A stretch of 64,000 nt of DNA, from positions 64,001-128,000 of the forward strand of contig JAOZFN010000009.1 of assembly GCA_027492205.1 (NCBI GenBank), given 5' to 3'. The notes under the pieces were generated by a model. The model was not told where the DNA came from. It did no database searches and saw only the letters and a list, made by a program, of their open reading frames with translations. The DNA is from Thermoproteota archaeon (GTDB lineage: Archaea; Korarchaeota; Korarchaeia; Korarchaeales; Korarchaeaceae). The number at the start of each line of letters is the position of its first letter. The first letter of the stretch is position 1. Shown here piece after piece: positions 18,479 to 28,643 of this stretch. The translations under genes and the position numbers were made by a program.

Positions 18479-21190
18479 TCAGGACTTCTTCCTCATGAGG
18501 AGGAAGGCGGCGACGACGATCACTATCAGCACTATGACGCCGCCGATGAGGGCCCAGTTCGGCCCTGCCGGCGGAGCGGTGGTCGGCGGCGGGGGAGCTG
18601 TGGTCGTGGCCGGCGGGGGAGCTGTGGTCGGCGGGGCGGTGGTGGTCGGAGCCTCGGTGGTCGGCGGCGGGGCGGGCGCGGCGATGATGATGTCGACGCT
18701 GGAGGTTCCAGTCACGAGGGTGGAGGTCTTGCCGGCCAGCACCTCGATGGTGAAGGCGCCCTCCTTGCCCTCGGTGGCGCTGCCAGGTATGGTGGCCTTG
18801 AACTGGCCGGGCGACACCATGGACATCTCGGTCTCGTAGACGATGTTGCCAGCGGAGTCCTTGAGTCTGACGGCCACGTACGCCTCCTCAGCCGGATACT
18901 CCTTGACCTCAGGATACTCCTGAGACTCTATCACGCTCGCGGTCACGTCGATCGCGTCACCGGCGGTTATGCTCGTTGGGGCGTTGATAGCCTCAACGCG
19001 CTCCCTGACTACGAAGAACTTGTTCACCCAGTAGTCTTCTGTGAACGGGTAGGTCGGGTCCCTGAAGGCGACGAGCCTCATGTACATCTTCTGAGGATCG
19101 TACTTCACGAGCATGAAGGGACCGTTGGAGACCCATGCAGTGCCATACTGGTCCATGAACCTGAGCAGTGCGTTGTACCTCTCGACAGCCTGAGTCGGGG
19201 TGATGCTTCCCTTCAGCGCGTCGGGTATGTGGCCCTCGAGCCTCAGCTCCTCTACGGCCGCCCTCAGGTCGACGAGGTGGGCCGGGGAGATGAGGTCGAG
19301 GTACTCCTTGCCCTCCTCCTTGTACCAGCTGTACTCGTTGCCGCTGACTGGGCCGCCGTTGGCTATGATGTAAGAGGCAGCCTCGTAGACCTCCCACGGG
19401 AGCACGGGCCACCAGACGTAGAAGCTGGCGGTCTCGTTCTCAGAGACAATGTGCAGGTAGTCGCCGTAGACGATGATGGTGTCGGGCTCCACGAACTGGA
19501 AGCCCTTGTAGTATTCAAGCTGAGGAGCCATGCCAGAGGCGTACTCTGGGTGGTAGTAGGGGTCGCCCTCCTCATCCTCGTGAGACCACTCGTAGGCGAA
19601 GGCGATGGCGTACTTGATGTCGTCGAGTGTCATCGGGATGCCGTGGTGCCAGTTACCGAGCTTGTACTTGATGACGGCCTTGACTACAGCCTTCTGGCCG
19701 GATCCCACACTGACCCACTCGTTCTTCACGGAGTCGTACACAACGGCGTCGGAGGGTACATCAATGTTGCCGACCTTGTTGCCCTCCTCATCGACGGTGT
19801 AGTCGATCTGAAGTTCCCAAGACGCCCTTACCGGCATGTACTCAGCGTTTGTTGGGTGTCTGGCAGCGCCCTGGTCGTAGGTGGCCCTAGCAACCAGGTG
19901 GGAGTAGACGTCGTCGAGACCCCCGAGCGGGTTCCAGGCGCTTGTGTACATCTGCGCCTGCTGGGCCTCGACCGCCACCCTAAGCTTCCCGTCAACGGTC
20001 TCTACGGTCCTCCAGGGCCAGAAGGACCACAGACCAGTCACCGCATCGTAGCCTATCCTGGTCACCCTCTCCTTGTTGACCGGGAAGTAGTCTATGGTGG
20101 TCGCCGTGAAGACCCTTATGCTCTCGCTCACTCCCATCTCCATTACCTTCCTAGCCTTGTCCCAGTACTCGTCGGCGCTAGCGACGTTCATGAACACCAA
20201 GTCCTCAGTCAACTTGTCGATCGTCTCGTTCTGCCACTCCCACCAACCGGCCATCTGGTAGGCCGGCATCCACCCAAACTCGGGCGAGTAGTACCAAGCC
20301 AAGTCGCCTTCAACGAACGGAGAAGCGGCGGTAGCGCCCCACCCGGCGGTGTAGAGGTTCCACTCGTAGTCCGCAGGGTTGCTGAAGTAGACCGTGTAGA
20401 TGCACTTGAGGAAGTTGGCCTCTATCCTCTCAACCTTGATGCCAGCCTTCTCTATCTGGCTGGCGACGTAGAGGCCCTCCTCGTGCCTCTCGTCCTCTAT
20501 TCTTATGAAGAACTTCACGGTGACAGGCTCGCCGTCGAAGGTCCACCAATAGCCAGCTGGGGCCCTCGGATCTGGTACCTTTCTGAGCCTACCGCCGAGC
20601 TCCTCGGCGGCCTGGGTGAGCGCCTCGTCGATCATCTGAAGTCCAAGTTCTTCGTTGCCCTCCGGAGTGAATCCAAAGTTCTTGAAGATGTCCTCGAAGT
20701 ACTTGTAGGCCGGGTGAGAGGGAGATATTGGCGAGTAGGCAACCTCGCCGCCTCCCTTGAGGACCTCGTCCACCAAGTACTTCCTGTTGATCAGGTAGTT
20801 CATCGCGAACCTGACCTTCCTGATGGCGAAGGGGTTGAAGTACGTCTTGCCCTCGACGTTGACGAGGTAGGGGGTTCCCTCCTCATAGTACGGGTTCAGA
20901 GTTATCTCCCAAGTACCTCCCGCGTTGGGTATGAGCCTCAGGTTCTCCTTGAGATACTCCGGGAGGCCCTCATAGACCGTTGGAGCCAGAGACTTAGAGT
21001 AGAAGTCGAGTCTGCCCGTGGCGACGTCGCCAACCGCTACCTCTCCAGTAGCCCTAGTCTCTACAATGACCTCGTCGACTGCCGGTCCCTTCCTCGGCTG
21101 AGCAGAGATGGCCCCGAGCGGAAGCAGGAGCACAGTGAGGACGAAGGCCAGTGCGGCTACACCTATTCTCTTTCTACCCCACATCTGCAT
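18479..21190 (-). CDS. oppA: oligopeptide ABC substrate-binding protein (family 5), archaeal long type with Pro/Thr linker and C-terminal TM anchor
   Basis: Signal peptide, NPFAIRKVRFAMNYLINR, WHHGIPMTLDD, SNGPFML, TTAPP repeats, hydrophobic tail followed by RKKS. Confidence 0.92.
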   Translation of the reverse strand: MQMWGRKRIGVAALAFVLTVLLLPLGAISAQPRKGPAVDEVIVETRATGEVAVGDVATGRLDFYSKSLAPTVYEGLPEYLKENLRLIPNAGGTWEITLNPYYEEGTPYLVNVEGKTYFNPFAIRKVRFAMNYLINRKYLVDEVLKGGGEVAYSPISPSHPAYKYFEDIFKNFGFTPEGNEELGLQMIDEALTQAAEELGGRLRKVPDPRAPAGYWWTFDGEPVTVKFFIRIEDERHEEGLYVASQIEKAGIKVERIEANFLKCIYTVYFSNPADYEWNLYTAGWGATAASPFVEGDLAWYYSPEFGWMPAYQMAGWWEWQNETIDKLTEDLVFMNVASADEYWDKARKVMEMGVSESIRVFTATTIDYFPVNKERVTRIGYDAVTGLWSFWPWRTVETVDGKLRVAVEAQQAQMYTSAWNPLGGLDDVYSHLVARATYDQGAARHPTNAEYMPVRASWELQIDYTVDEEGNKVGNIDVPSDAVVYDSVKNEWVSVGSGQKAVVKAVIKYKLGNWHHGIPMTLDDIKYAIAFAYEWSHEDEEGDPYYHPEYASGMAPQLEYYKGFQFVEPDTIIVYGDYLHIVSENETASFYVWWPVLPWEVYEAASYIIANGGPVSGNEYSWYKEEGKEYLDLISPAHLVDLRAAVEELRLEGHIPDALKGSITPTQAVERYNALLRFMDQYGTAWVSNGPFMLVKYDPQKMYMRLVAFRDPTYPFTEDYWVNKFFVVRERVEAINAPTSITAGDAIDVTASVIESQEYPEVKEYPAEEAYVAVRLKDSAGNIVYETEMSMVSPGQFKATIPGSATEGKEGAFTIEVLAGKTSTLVTGTSSVDIIIAAPAPPPTTEAPTTTAPPTTAPPPATTTAPPPPTTAPPAGPNWALIGGVIVLIVIVVAAFLLMRKKS

Positions 21191-21491
21191 ACCCCCTCTA
21201 GGCCGGGGATATCACCCCGCCCTTAGGGCTGGGCTGTTGAAGACTGCTGAAGATCACAAATAAAAAGGCTATTTCATCAGGTCAACTCCGAAACCTCAGG
21301 ATTCAGGCGGTTTGACAGGCCTAATCTTTCAGGTCCCGGTGGCGAGGGGGCGCCGAGACCCAGTAGGCTAGAGCGCACGTGTCACCGTCCACTCAAAGTC
21401 AACGACCCCCGCGGATCTGAGCGGATCTGAGGGGCGCTGTGGTCGCGGTTGAACACTCCAGTCGAGGGGTTCTGTACCAAAGGAACCGCGC

Positions 21492-22061
21492 TCAGGCCCT
21501 AGCAGGTAGCTGGGCTATGCAGGCCTTTACGTCGTCTGCTATCCGCCTTCCTATCCCGCCGGACTCCCCAACTATCAGCTCAATGACCCAGTCGCCAGAG
21601 TACCACATCTCCCAGGTCAAGCCGGGGTACTCGAACCTCGCATGGCCCTCGTCACCCCCGACGTCGCACTCCCAGCTCGTGTAGTTCGCCGTGAAGTTGG
21701 CGGCGTAGTCCGCGATCTTCTCCCCTATCCGCCTGGCCGACGTACTGTTGTCGAACTTCATGAACGCTATCATGACCATGACCCTCGGGTACCTGTACTC
21801 GGCCAGGAACTGCACGCCCTCCCCGCCCTCGAGCGGAAAGCCCTCCGGGGTCGTCGAGAGCATCATGGCGCTGTTGATTACGGCCCTCCCGGGGCAGTCG
21901 AACGTGTACCTTATCTGCTCGATTGTCACGTCCTTGGGGGGGACCGGGTAGCTCTCGCCCATGAGAAGCGTGAGCCCATACGCCAAGGAGCCGAAGGCCA
22001 TGATCCCTATGAACGCCAAGGCCATCAGGCGCCTGGAGTTGGCTCCCTTCTTTCGGGGCAT
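21492..22061 (-). CDS. hypothetical membrane-anchored protein
   Basis: 189 aa; basic N-terminus plus one TM; NxS/T sequons (NST, NFT, NYT). Confidence 0.7.
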   Translation of the reverse strand: MPRKKGANSRRLMALAFIGIMAFGSLAYGLTLLMGESYPVPPKDVTIEQIRYTFDCPGRAVINSAMMLSTTPEGFPLEGGEGVQFLAEYRYPRVMVMIAFMKFDNSTSARRIGEKIADYAANFTANYTSWECDVGGDEGHARFEYPGLTWEMWYSGDWVIELIVGESGGIGRRIADDVKACIAQLPARA

Positions 22062-22122
22062 TCGAACCTCCTCTCAACGAACAGGGATCTTCCCCCCGAT
22101 CAATAAAGAATTTGGGCCGCCC

Positions 22123-23223
22123 CTACCCAGGCGGGTAGAGGTGGCAGGCCACCCAGTGGCCCGGCTCGACCTCAATGAGGTGCGGCTCCTCCTTGTCGCA
22201 GGGCTCGAACCTCTTGGGGCAGCGGGGGTGGAACCTGCAGCCTGACGGCGGATTCACTGGGCTGGGAACGTCGCCCTTCAGCACGATCCTCTTCTTCTTC
22301 CTTGCGAGCACGGGGTCGGGCACAGGCTTCGCGGAGAAAAGGGCCTGGGTGTACGGGTGCAGGGGCTTCTCGAAGATGGTCTGCGTGTCCGCAAGCTCGA
22401 CGATCTTGCCGAGGTACATCACGGCGACCCTGTCGCTGATCACCTGCACCTGGGAGAGGTCGTGGCTTATGAACAGGTAGGTAAGGCCGTACTTCTCCTG
22501 GAGTTCCCCGAGGAGCTTCAGTAGCCTGGCCCTGACCGAGACGTCAACCGCTGAGGTGGGCTCGTCGAGGACGAGGAACTCGGGCCTGAGGACCAGCGCC
22601 CTAGCGATGGCGATCCTCTGCCTCTGCCCCCCGCTGAACTCGTGGGGGTACCTCCTGAGATGCTCCCTGCCCAGGCCCACCGCCTGGAGCGCCTCGAGCA
22701 CGCGCTCCATCGCCGCCTCGCCCTTCGCGATTCCCTGGACGACGAGTGGCTCGGCGACGATGTCCTTCACCATCATCCTGGGGTTGAGGGCCGTGAGCGG
22801 GTTCTGAAACACAATCTGCATCCTTCTCCTATATTCCTTCAGCTTCTTGCCCTTCATGGCGGCCAGGTCGAACTGTTCCCTCAGCCTCTTCAGCTCTTGC
22901 TTGTCGCCGCGCTCCTCTGCTTCGATTATACGCTTTATCGTCTCCTCGGGCAGGTCGTAGAATATGTGACCCTCGGTCGGATCGAGCAGCCTGATTATGG
23001 TCCTCCCCAGGGTGGTCTTTCCGCAGCCCGACTCGCCCACCAGCCCGAGCGTCTCCCCCCTCTGAATCCAGATGTCCACGCCGTCGACGGCCCTGACCCA
23101 GGCCACCGGACGCTTGAGCACTCCCCCTAGGACTGGGAAGTGCTTCTTGAGTCCCATCGTTCGGAGCAGGGCACCCTGAGTCTTCTCCAGCCAGCTCTCC
23201 GCGTATTCCCTCGCGATCATCAC
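22123..23223 (-). CDS. dppF: dipeptide/oligopeptide ABC ATPase
   Basis: GESGCGKTT, FSGGQRQR, LDEPTSAVD, HPYT, CRFHPRC. Confidence 0.92.
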   Translation of the reverse strand: MMIAREYAESWLEKTQGALLRTMGLKKHFPVLGGVLKRPVAWVRAVDGVDIWIQRGETLGLVGESGCGKTTLGRTIIRLLDPTEGHIFYDLPEETIKRIIEAEERGDKQELKRLREQFDLAAMKGKKLKEYRRRMQIVFQNPLTALNPRMMVKDIVAEPLVVQGIAKGEAAMERVLEALQAVGLGREHLRRYPHEFSGGQRQRIAIARALVLRPEFLVLDEPTSAVDVSVRARLLKLLGELQEKYGLTYLFISHDLSQVQVISDRVAVMYLGKIVELADTQTIFEKPLHPYTQALFSAKPVPDPVLARKKKRIVLKGDVPSPVNPPSGCRFHPRCPKRFEPCDKEEPHLIEVEPGHWVACHLYPPG

Positions 23224-24476
23224 TCCTCGCCCCCCTCGTCGGCCACCTGATCGTGGTAGAGGAAGCAGGCAACCTTGTGACCCGGCCTCACCTCGATGAG
23301 CCTCGGCTTGTGCTCCTCACACTTCGGCATCGCGTAGGCGCACCTGGGATGGAATCTGCATCCCGTCGGCGGGTTGATCAGGTTGGGGACGGTGCCCGGG
23401 ATGGCCTTCAGCTCCCTGCCGGGCATCGGAATGGCCTCAAGCAGTCCCTTTGTGTAGGGGTGGAGGGGCTCCTTGAACAGCGTGAAGACGTCGGCGACCT
23501 CGCATATGTTGCCGGCGTACATAACAGCGACCCTGTCGGAGACCTCCGCTATGACCCCCATGTCGTGGGTTATGTATACGAGCGTGGAGCCGAACTGCTT
23601 CTTCAGCTCCTTCATGAGCTCGAGTATCTGGGCCTCGACCGTGACGTCCAAGTTGGTGGTTGGCTCGTCGGCTATGAGCATCCTGGGGTTGCAGGAGAGG
23701 GCTGTCGCTATCACTATCCTCTGCTGCATCCCCCCGCTCAGCTCGTGCGGGTACATGTCGTAAACCCGGTCCGGATCCGGGATCCCCATGAGGCCGAGGA
23801 GTCTAACAACGTCCCTCCTGGCCTCTGCGCTCACCGGAGACCAGTAGAGTCTCCTGAGGATTGGGACCCTTAGGAGGAGCTTCAGGCCGAGGCCACTAGG
23901 GCTTTTCTTGGCCATCCTCATGACTGCGAGCTTGGCCCTGGCCAGCGCCCCCCTCAGGCCGCCTGCCTTGGACTCCTCCTCGAGGGTCGCTATCGCCCTC
24001 CCGATCATCTCGTCCATCCTGTGTATCAGGATGGCCTCGGCCACCTGGTCACCGACCTTGAAGACTGGGTTCAGGGCGGCCTTCGGCTCTTGGAAGATCC
24101 TCGAGATCTCGGCCCCCCTCAGCTTCCTGAGGTCCTCCTCATCCATCTCCGTGAGGACCAAGGGCTTCCCATCCATGTAGTAGACGACTCTGCCGGCGAC
24201 GATCTTCCCGGGGGGCGGGATGAGGTTCATCATAGCGTAGGTAGTGACGGACTTCCCGCTGCCGGTCTCGCCGACGATCCCCAGGGTCTCCCCTTCCAGG
24301 ACGTCCAAGTCGACGCCGTCAATGGCCTTCACGACCCCCTCGTAGGTGTAGAATCGGACCTTCAGGTCCCTGACCTCCATCAGCACGTTCCTCTCCTGGG
24401 CCGAGGCTTTGACCTCGGGCCTCTCCTCAACCGCCTCAAGCGCGCCGGGATTGGAATCGGGGTTGGGCATTCTCAC
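23220..24476 (-). CDS. dppD: dipeptide/oligopeptide ABC ATPase with internal insertion
   Basis: GETGSGKS, LSGGMQQR, ADEPTTNLD, HPYT, CRFHPRC. Confidence 0.92.
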   Translation of the reverse strand: MRMPNPDSNPGALEAVEERPEVKASAQERNVLMEVRDLKVRFYTYEGVVKAIDGVDLDVLEGETLGIVGETGSGKSVTTYAMMNLIPPPGKIVAGRVVYYMDGKPLVLTEMDEEDLRKLRGAEISRIFQEPKAALNPVFKVGDQVAEAILIHRMDEMIGRAIATLEEESKAGGLRGALARAKLAVMRMAKKSPSGLGLKLLLRVPILRRLYWSPVSAEARRDVVRLLGLMGIPDPDRVYDMYPHELSGGMQQRIVIATALSCNPRMLIADEPTTNLDVTVEAQILELMKELKKQFGSTLVYITHDMGVIAEVSDRVAVMYAGNICEVADVFTLFKEPLHPYTKGLLEAIPMPGRELKAIPGTVPNLINPPTGCRFHPRCAYAMPKCEEHKPRLIEVRPGHKVACFLYHDQVADEGGEE

Positions 24477-25414
24477 CTCCTCCTGAGGGTCGGATCCAGT
24501 ATGTCTCGGAACGCGTCGCCGAGCAGGTTCCAGCCGAGGACGAACGTGAAGATGAAGATGCCGGGGATCGTGTAGGTGTGCCAGTAGGCGAACGGGTTGC
24601 CAGCCTCTCCCAGTATCCAGTTTCGGGACATGGATATGAGCTGGCCCCAGTCCGCGTAGCCTATGGGCGCGCCCAGGCCGAGGAAGCTTAGCGCGGCCGC
24701 CGTGAGCACCATGGATCCGATGTCGAGGGTTGAGACTATTACGACTGGGTAGATGCTGTTCGGCAGGACGTGCTTCAGCAGTATCCTAGCGTTTGACGCG
24801 CCTATCGCCCTGGCCGCCTCGACGTAGTCCTCCTGCCTGACCTGAAGCACTCCGGCCCTGGTGAGTCGAGCGTAGGTGGGCCAGCCCACCAGGATTAGCG
24901 CCTTGATCACGTTGTCCAGGCCGACCCCAAAGGCCGTCACGAACGCCATGGCGAGGATCAGCCCCGGGAATGCGTACATGATGTCGGTGATCCTCATGAT
25001 TATCTCATCCAGGATACCGCCGAAGTACCCGGACAGGGCCCCGAGGGTCACCCCTATGGCCAGGGCCCCGCCAACGACTAGGAGGCCGACCCTGAAGGCC
25101 GTCCTAGTCCCCCAAATGCAGCCGTAGAACATGTCGTACTGGCCCTCGGTGGTCCCGAATGGGAACTCGTCGCTCGGGGGCTTTGGAGTCGCCAAGTAAC
25201 CATGCCTGGGCATGACGTATGGATCCCTGCCGGGTTGGGGCGGGGCTATCAGTGGCGCGAATATGGCTATGATCGCGAAGAACGCGACGATCGTCAGGCC
25301 CGCCAGAGAGAGCGGACTCTCCCTTATTCTCTTGAGGGTGAAAACCAGCTCCTTGAACCACGCCCTCTCTCGCAGAGGCACCCTGCCGAGCTCCTTCTCC
25401 TTACTCCCTGCCAC
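24473..25414 (-). CDS. dppC: dipeptide/oligopeptide ABC permease
   Basis: FPFGT, YVEAARAIGA, LSFLGLG, GDAFRDILDP. Confidence 0.92.
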   Translation of the reverse strand: MAGSKEKELGRVPLRERAWFKELVFTLKRIRESPLSLAGLTIVAFFAIIAIFAPLIAPPQPGRDPYVMPRHGYLATPKPPSDEFPFGTTEGQYDMFYGCIWGTRTAFRVGLLVVGGALAIGVTLGALSGYFGGILDEIIMRITDIMYAFPGLILAMAFVTAFGVGLDNVIKALILVGWPTYARLTRAGVLQVRQEDYVEAARAIGASNARILLKHVLPNSIYPVVIVSTLDIGSMVLTAAALSFLGLGAPIGYADWGQLISMSRNWILGEAGNPFAYWHTYTIPGIFIFTFVLGWNLLGDAFRDILDPTLRRR

Positions 25415-25421
25415 CTCAACA

Positions 25422-26462
25422 TCACCCCAGCCTTATCCTCGGATCCAGGTAGGCGTAGAGTATGTCCACCAAGAGGTTAGAGACAACGAACACTATCCCG
25501 GAGAACAGGGCGAACGCCAGCACGGCTGGGAAGTCCAGCTGCGTGGCGGCGTGGGCGGCCCAGTACCCGAGGCCCTTGAACTCGAAGACCGTCTCCGTGA
25601 TGACAAGCCCCGTCAGGAAGCCGGCCACCAGCACCCCGGCCATCGTGACGACCGGTATCATGGCGTTTCTCATGGCGTGCTTGTTTATCACCGCCTTCTC
25701 GGGCACCCCCTTGGTTCTGGCGGCCATCACGTACTCCTTGTGGAGCTCCTCGAGCAGGCTGGACCTCATCACCCTCATTATGCCGGCGTTTCCGACGATG
25801 ACGAGGTTGAGGACGGGGAGGAAGAGGTGTCTGAGCGCGTCGACGAACACGAACAGGTTCCTGTTGAGTATGGCGTCTATTGTGTAGAGCCCCGTGTAGC
25901 TCACCCACTCTGCAGAGTGGACAATGCTCTGCGCCTCGGGGCTCAGTCTCCCCGGCGGGAACCATCCCAGCGCCCCGTAGAATATGGCGAGAAGTACGAT
26001 CGCGGACCAGAAGGTGGGGAGGGACCAACCAACTATAGCGAATATCCTCGAGATGTGGTCGGGCCACCTGTCCCTGTGGACCGCCGATATCCTTCCCAGC
26101 ACGATGCCAGTTATCACTATGAGGGGGGCCGCGTAGATCGCTATCTCTACCGACGCGGGCCAGAGTTCGGTGAAGGCCCTGGCAACCGGGATGTTCAACG
26201 ACTTCGACCACCCGAGGTTGCCTTGGAGAACGTTCTTCAGCCAGTTATAGTACTGAACGTAGACTGGCTGGTCCAGGCCGTACTTCTTGATTATCGCCTG
26301 AATCCTAGCGGCCGCCTTGAACCCTCCCTCGCCGACGTACAGCGCGGCCCTCTCCTCGGGAGAGAACACCATTGATACGGAGAATACGAGTATTGAAACG
26401 CCAAGCAGCGTGGGGATTATTAGGAGGAGCCGCCTGATTATGTAAGTTCTCATACCTCCCAT
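25422..26462 (-). CDS. dppB: dipeptide/oligopeptide ABC permease
   Basis: YIIRRLL, YGLDQP, EYVMAARTKG, ETVF, YAYLDPRI. Confidence 0.93.
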   Translation of the reverse strand: MGGMRTYIIRRLLLIIPTLLGVSILVFSVSMVFSPEERAALYVGEGGFKAAARIQAIIKKYGLDQPVYVQYYNWLKNVLQGNLGWSKSLNIPVARAFTELWPASVEIAIYAAPLIVITGIVLGRISAVHRDRWPDHISRIFAIVGWSLPTFWSAIVLLAIFYGALGWFPPGRLSPEAQSIVHSAEWVSYTGLYTIDAILNRNLFVFVDALRHLFLPVLNLVIVGNAGIMRVMRSSLLEELHKEYVMAARTKGVPEKAVINKHAMRNAMIPVVTMAGVLVAGFLTGLVITETVFEFKGLGYWAAHAATQLDFPAVLAFALFSGIVFVVSNLLVDILYAYLDPRIRLG

Positions 26463-26613
26463 TCGGGTTCACCCGACGGATCTCCGAGGGCGGGGATCTT
26501 TCCCCGCTATGGTAAAAAAGTGTTCCCAAAAGGTGCTTTCGGCCAGCCGGCTGGCGGAAGGTCCCGTGAACACCAGGAAATCGGGCAAACCCGGAGATTC
26601 TCTACCCGGCTTC

Positions 26614-26622
26614 AAAAAAGAA
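26614..26622 (-). terminator. oligo-T terminator after dppA
   Basis: TTCTTTTTT about 15 nt downstream of the dppA stop. Confidence 0.5.
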
Positions 26623-26636
26623 GTGGAAGGGTTGAC

Positions 26637-28478
26637 TCAGCCCTTCCAGAGCGGATAGGCGTAGACTCCTGGGTAGATCGGGTTGTAGTACCAGCCGTGG
26701 ACCCAGGTCCTCTCGTAGTGCCTGCCGAGCGGCTGGTAGATGATGAAGCTGGGTACCTCCTCGTAGTAGATCTGGGTGAGTTCCCTGCAGATCTCGATCC
26801 TCCTGTTCTGGTCCGAGGTCGTGATCAGCTCCTCGACGAGTTCGTCAACGTGCGGGTTGCTGTAGCCCTGCCAGGCGGCAAAGGTTCCGGAGGAGTGCAT
26901 GTACGGGAAGACGAAGTTGTACGGGTCGGGGTAGTCGGCGAGCCAGCCGATGATGAACATCGGCAGCTGGCGCCTGACCATGGCCTTGAGGTATTCGGGC
27001 CACTCGACGCCCCTTACGTAGACCTTAAACTTCGGATTGAGGCTCTCCACGTTCTCCTTGATCATCTCAGCAGCGGTCTTCCTCTGGACGTTGCCCACGT
27101 TGTAGAGCAGCTCGAAGTAGAAGCCCTTCTCCCAGACCTGGCCGTTCCAGGCCTTCTTGAAGTACTCCTCGGCCTTGGTCAGGTTGAACTCGTACATCGG
27201 CAGGTTGGGGTCGTAGCCAGGCAGGCCCTGCGGGATCGGACCAGGCGTCCTCACTGCCTCGCCGAACCAAGCCTCCTCTATGTACCTGTCGAAGTCGAAG
27301 GAGTAGGCGAACGCCTTTCTGAGGTTGATGTCGGAGAAGAAGTCGGGCGGGATCCCGTTGCCGTCGAGCTTGCCGCTGCCTATGTAGGGGCTGTTCGGAT
27401 CGACCTCGAAGGTGAAGAACACCGCGGCGTTGGACACCGTGGGCAGGTTCTTGACGACCCTGATGCCCTCGGCCCCCTCGATCTCCTTCATGTGCTGCCT
27501 GGGCACGTAGGCCATGTCAACGTCGCCCTTGAGGAACATGAGCTTCCTGGTGGCCCACTCGTCGACCTTCATGATGATGAACTCGCTGAAGTTGGCCGGA
27601 CCCCTCCAGTAGTCGTCGAACCTCTTCAGGACGACCTGCTTGCCGTGCTCCCACCTGTCGAGCATGAACGGACCGGAGCCGCAGTCGGCCTCCTGGAGCG
27701 GAGGTACCTCAGGGTTGTTGTAGTCCTGCCAGGTCTCCGGGGTCCCCGGCCAGGCCCCGTGCTCGATGGCGCACTGCTTGTCCACTATGCTGCTCCAAGT
27801 CTGGGACAGGATTTGGAAGAGCACGGTGATCGGGTAGGGCTTGGCCAGGTGGAGCACCACGTTGTTGCCCTCGACCTCGACGGCCTTGTCTATCTGGTCC
27901 CAGGTGACGACCAGGTTGCCCTCTCCATCCCTGGTGGTCTCAACGCCGAGGAGCGGGTCGAGGAGCATCCAGGACGGACCGCCGTCCCTGTCCATGACGA
28001 GGACGCGCTCTAGGGAGTACTCGACGTCCTCCGGGGTGAGCTCCCTGCCGGAGTGGAACTTGATGCCAGACCTGATCGGGAACACGATGGTCATGCCGTT
28101 GTCCCTGATCAGGCCGTTCTCGACGGAGGGAACCTGCTCAGCTATTATCGGTATGAACTGGTCCACCTTGTCCCTGTCGAAGAAGATGAGGGTCTCGTAG
28201 ATGTTGAAGATCACCTCTCCGCTCGCGGTGTCATACGCCCACGCCGGGTCGAGGGTCTCGGGCTCGCCGATGGTGGCCACTATGAGCTTGTCCGGGTTCT
28301 TCACCTCCATCGGCGGCGGAGTTGTCTCGGGCGGCGCCGTTGTCGTCGCTGGCGGAGCAGTCGTCGCGGGTGGGGCCGTCGTTGCAGGCGGCGCCGCCTT
28401 CTTGCCGGCTATGTAGGCCAGTCCCCCGACCACTATGAGGAGGACGATGAAAACGCCTACTAGGGTCTTTGTCTCCAT
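26637..28478 (-). CDS. dppA: dipeptide/oligopeptide ABC substrate-binding protein (family 5), N-terminal anchor plus Pro/Thr linker
   Basis: EPETLDPAWAYD, IYETL, GIKFHSG, GSGPFML, GWLADYPDP; PPATTAPP repeats. Confidence 0.93.
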   Translation of the reverse strand: METKTLVGVFIVLLIVVGGLAYIAGKKAAPPATTAPPATTAPPATTTAPPETTPPPMEVKNPDKLIVATIGEPETLDPAWAYDTASGEVIFNIYETLIFFDRDKVDQFIPIIAEQVPSVENGLIRDNGMTIVFPIRSGIKFHSGRELTPEDVEYSLERVLVMDRDGGPSWMLLDPLLGVETTRDGEGNLVVTWDQIDKAVEVEGNNVVLHLAKPYPITVLFQILSQTWSSIVDKQCAIEHGAWPGTPETWQDYNNPEVPPLQEADCGSGPFMLDRWEHGKQVVLKRFDDYWRGPANFSEFIIMKVDEWATRKLMFLKGDVDMAYVPRQHMKEIEGAEGIRVVKNLPTVSNAAVFFTFEVDPNSPYIGSGKLDGNGIPPDFFSDINLRKAFAYSFDFDRYIEEAWFGEAVRTPGPIPQGLPGYDPNLPMYEFNLTKAEEYFKKAWNGQVWEKGFYFELLYNVGNVQRKTAAEMIKENVESLNPKFKVYVRGVEWPEYLKAMVRRQLPMFIIGWLADYPDPYNFVFPYMHSSGTFAAWQGYSNPHVDELVEELITTSDQNRRIEICRELTQIYYEEVPSFIIYQPLGRHYERTWVHGWYYNPIYPGVYAYPLWKG

Positions 28479-28643
28479 TCACTATCCCCCCACCGGGGTC
28501 TTAGGGGTCTTTGCCCCCGACGGGCAATCTGTCGATCCTAATTAAGACTTTTGTTGAAACGGAGGGATCGGAGGTGCAGAGAGGCGGGCCGCCCCATCCC
28601 CCCGCGTTTGGTTAATAACACAGCGATGCCCGTCTGACTGAGC

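Noticed and set aside
19229-21226. 665-aa plus-strand ORF; likewise 26520-28013, 33257-34495, 54963-56390, 25212-26375 and 48540-49505
   Set aside because: In-register antisense shadows of oppA, dppA, iorA, aor and dppB. Strong GC3 bias makes TTA/CTA/TCA rare, so the reverse frame stays open. No motifs.
21411-21430. GCGGATCTGA tandem duplicate (CTGA box-D-like)
   Set aside because: Only 10 nt x2, with no correctly spaced RTGATGA box C upstream. Likely slippage.
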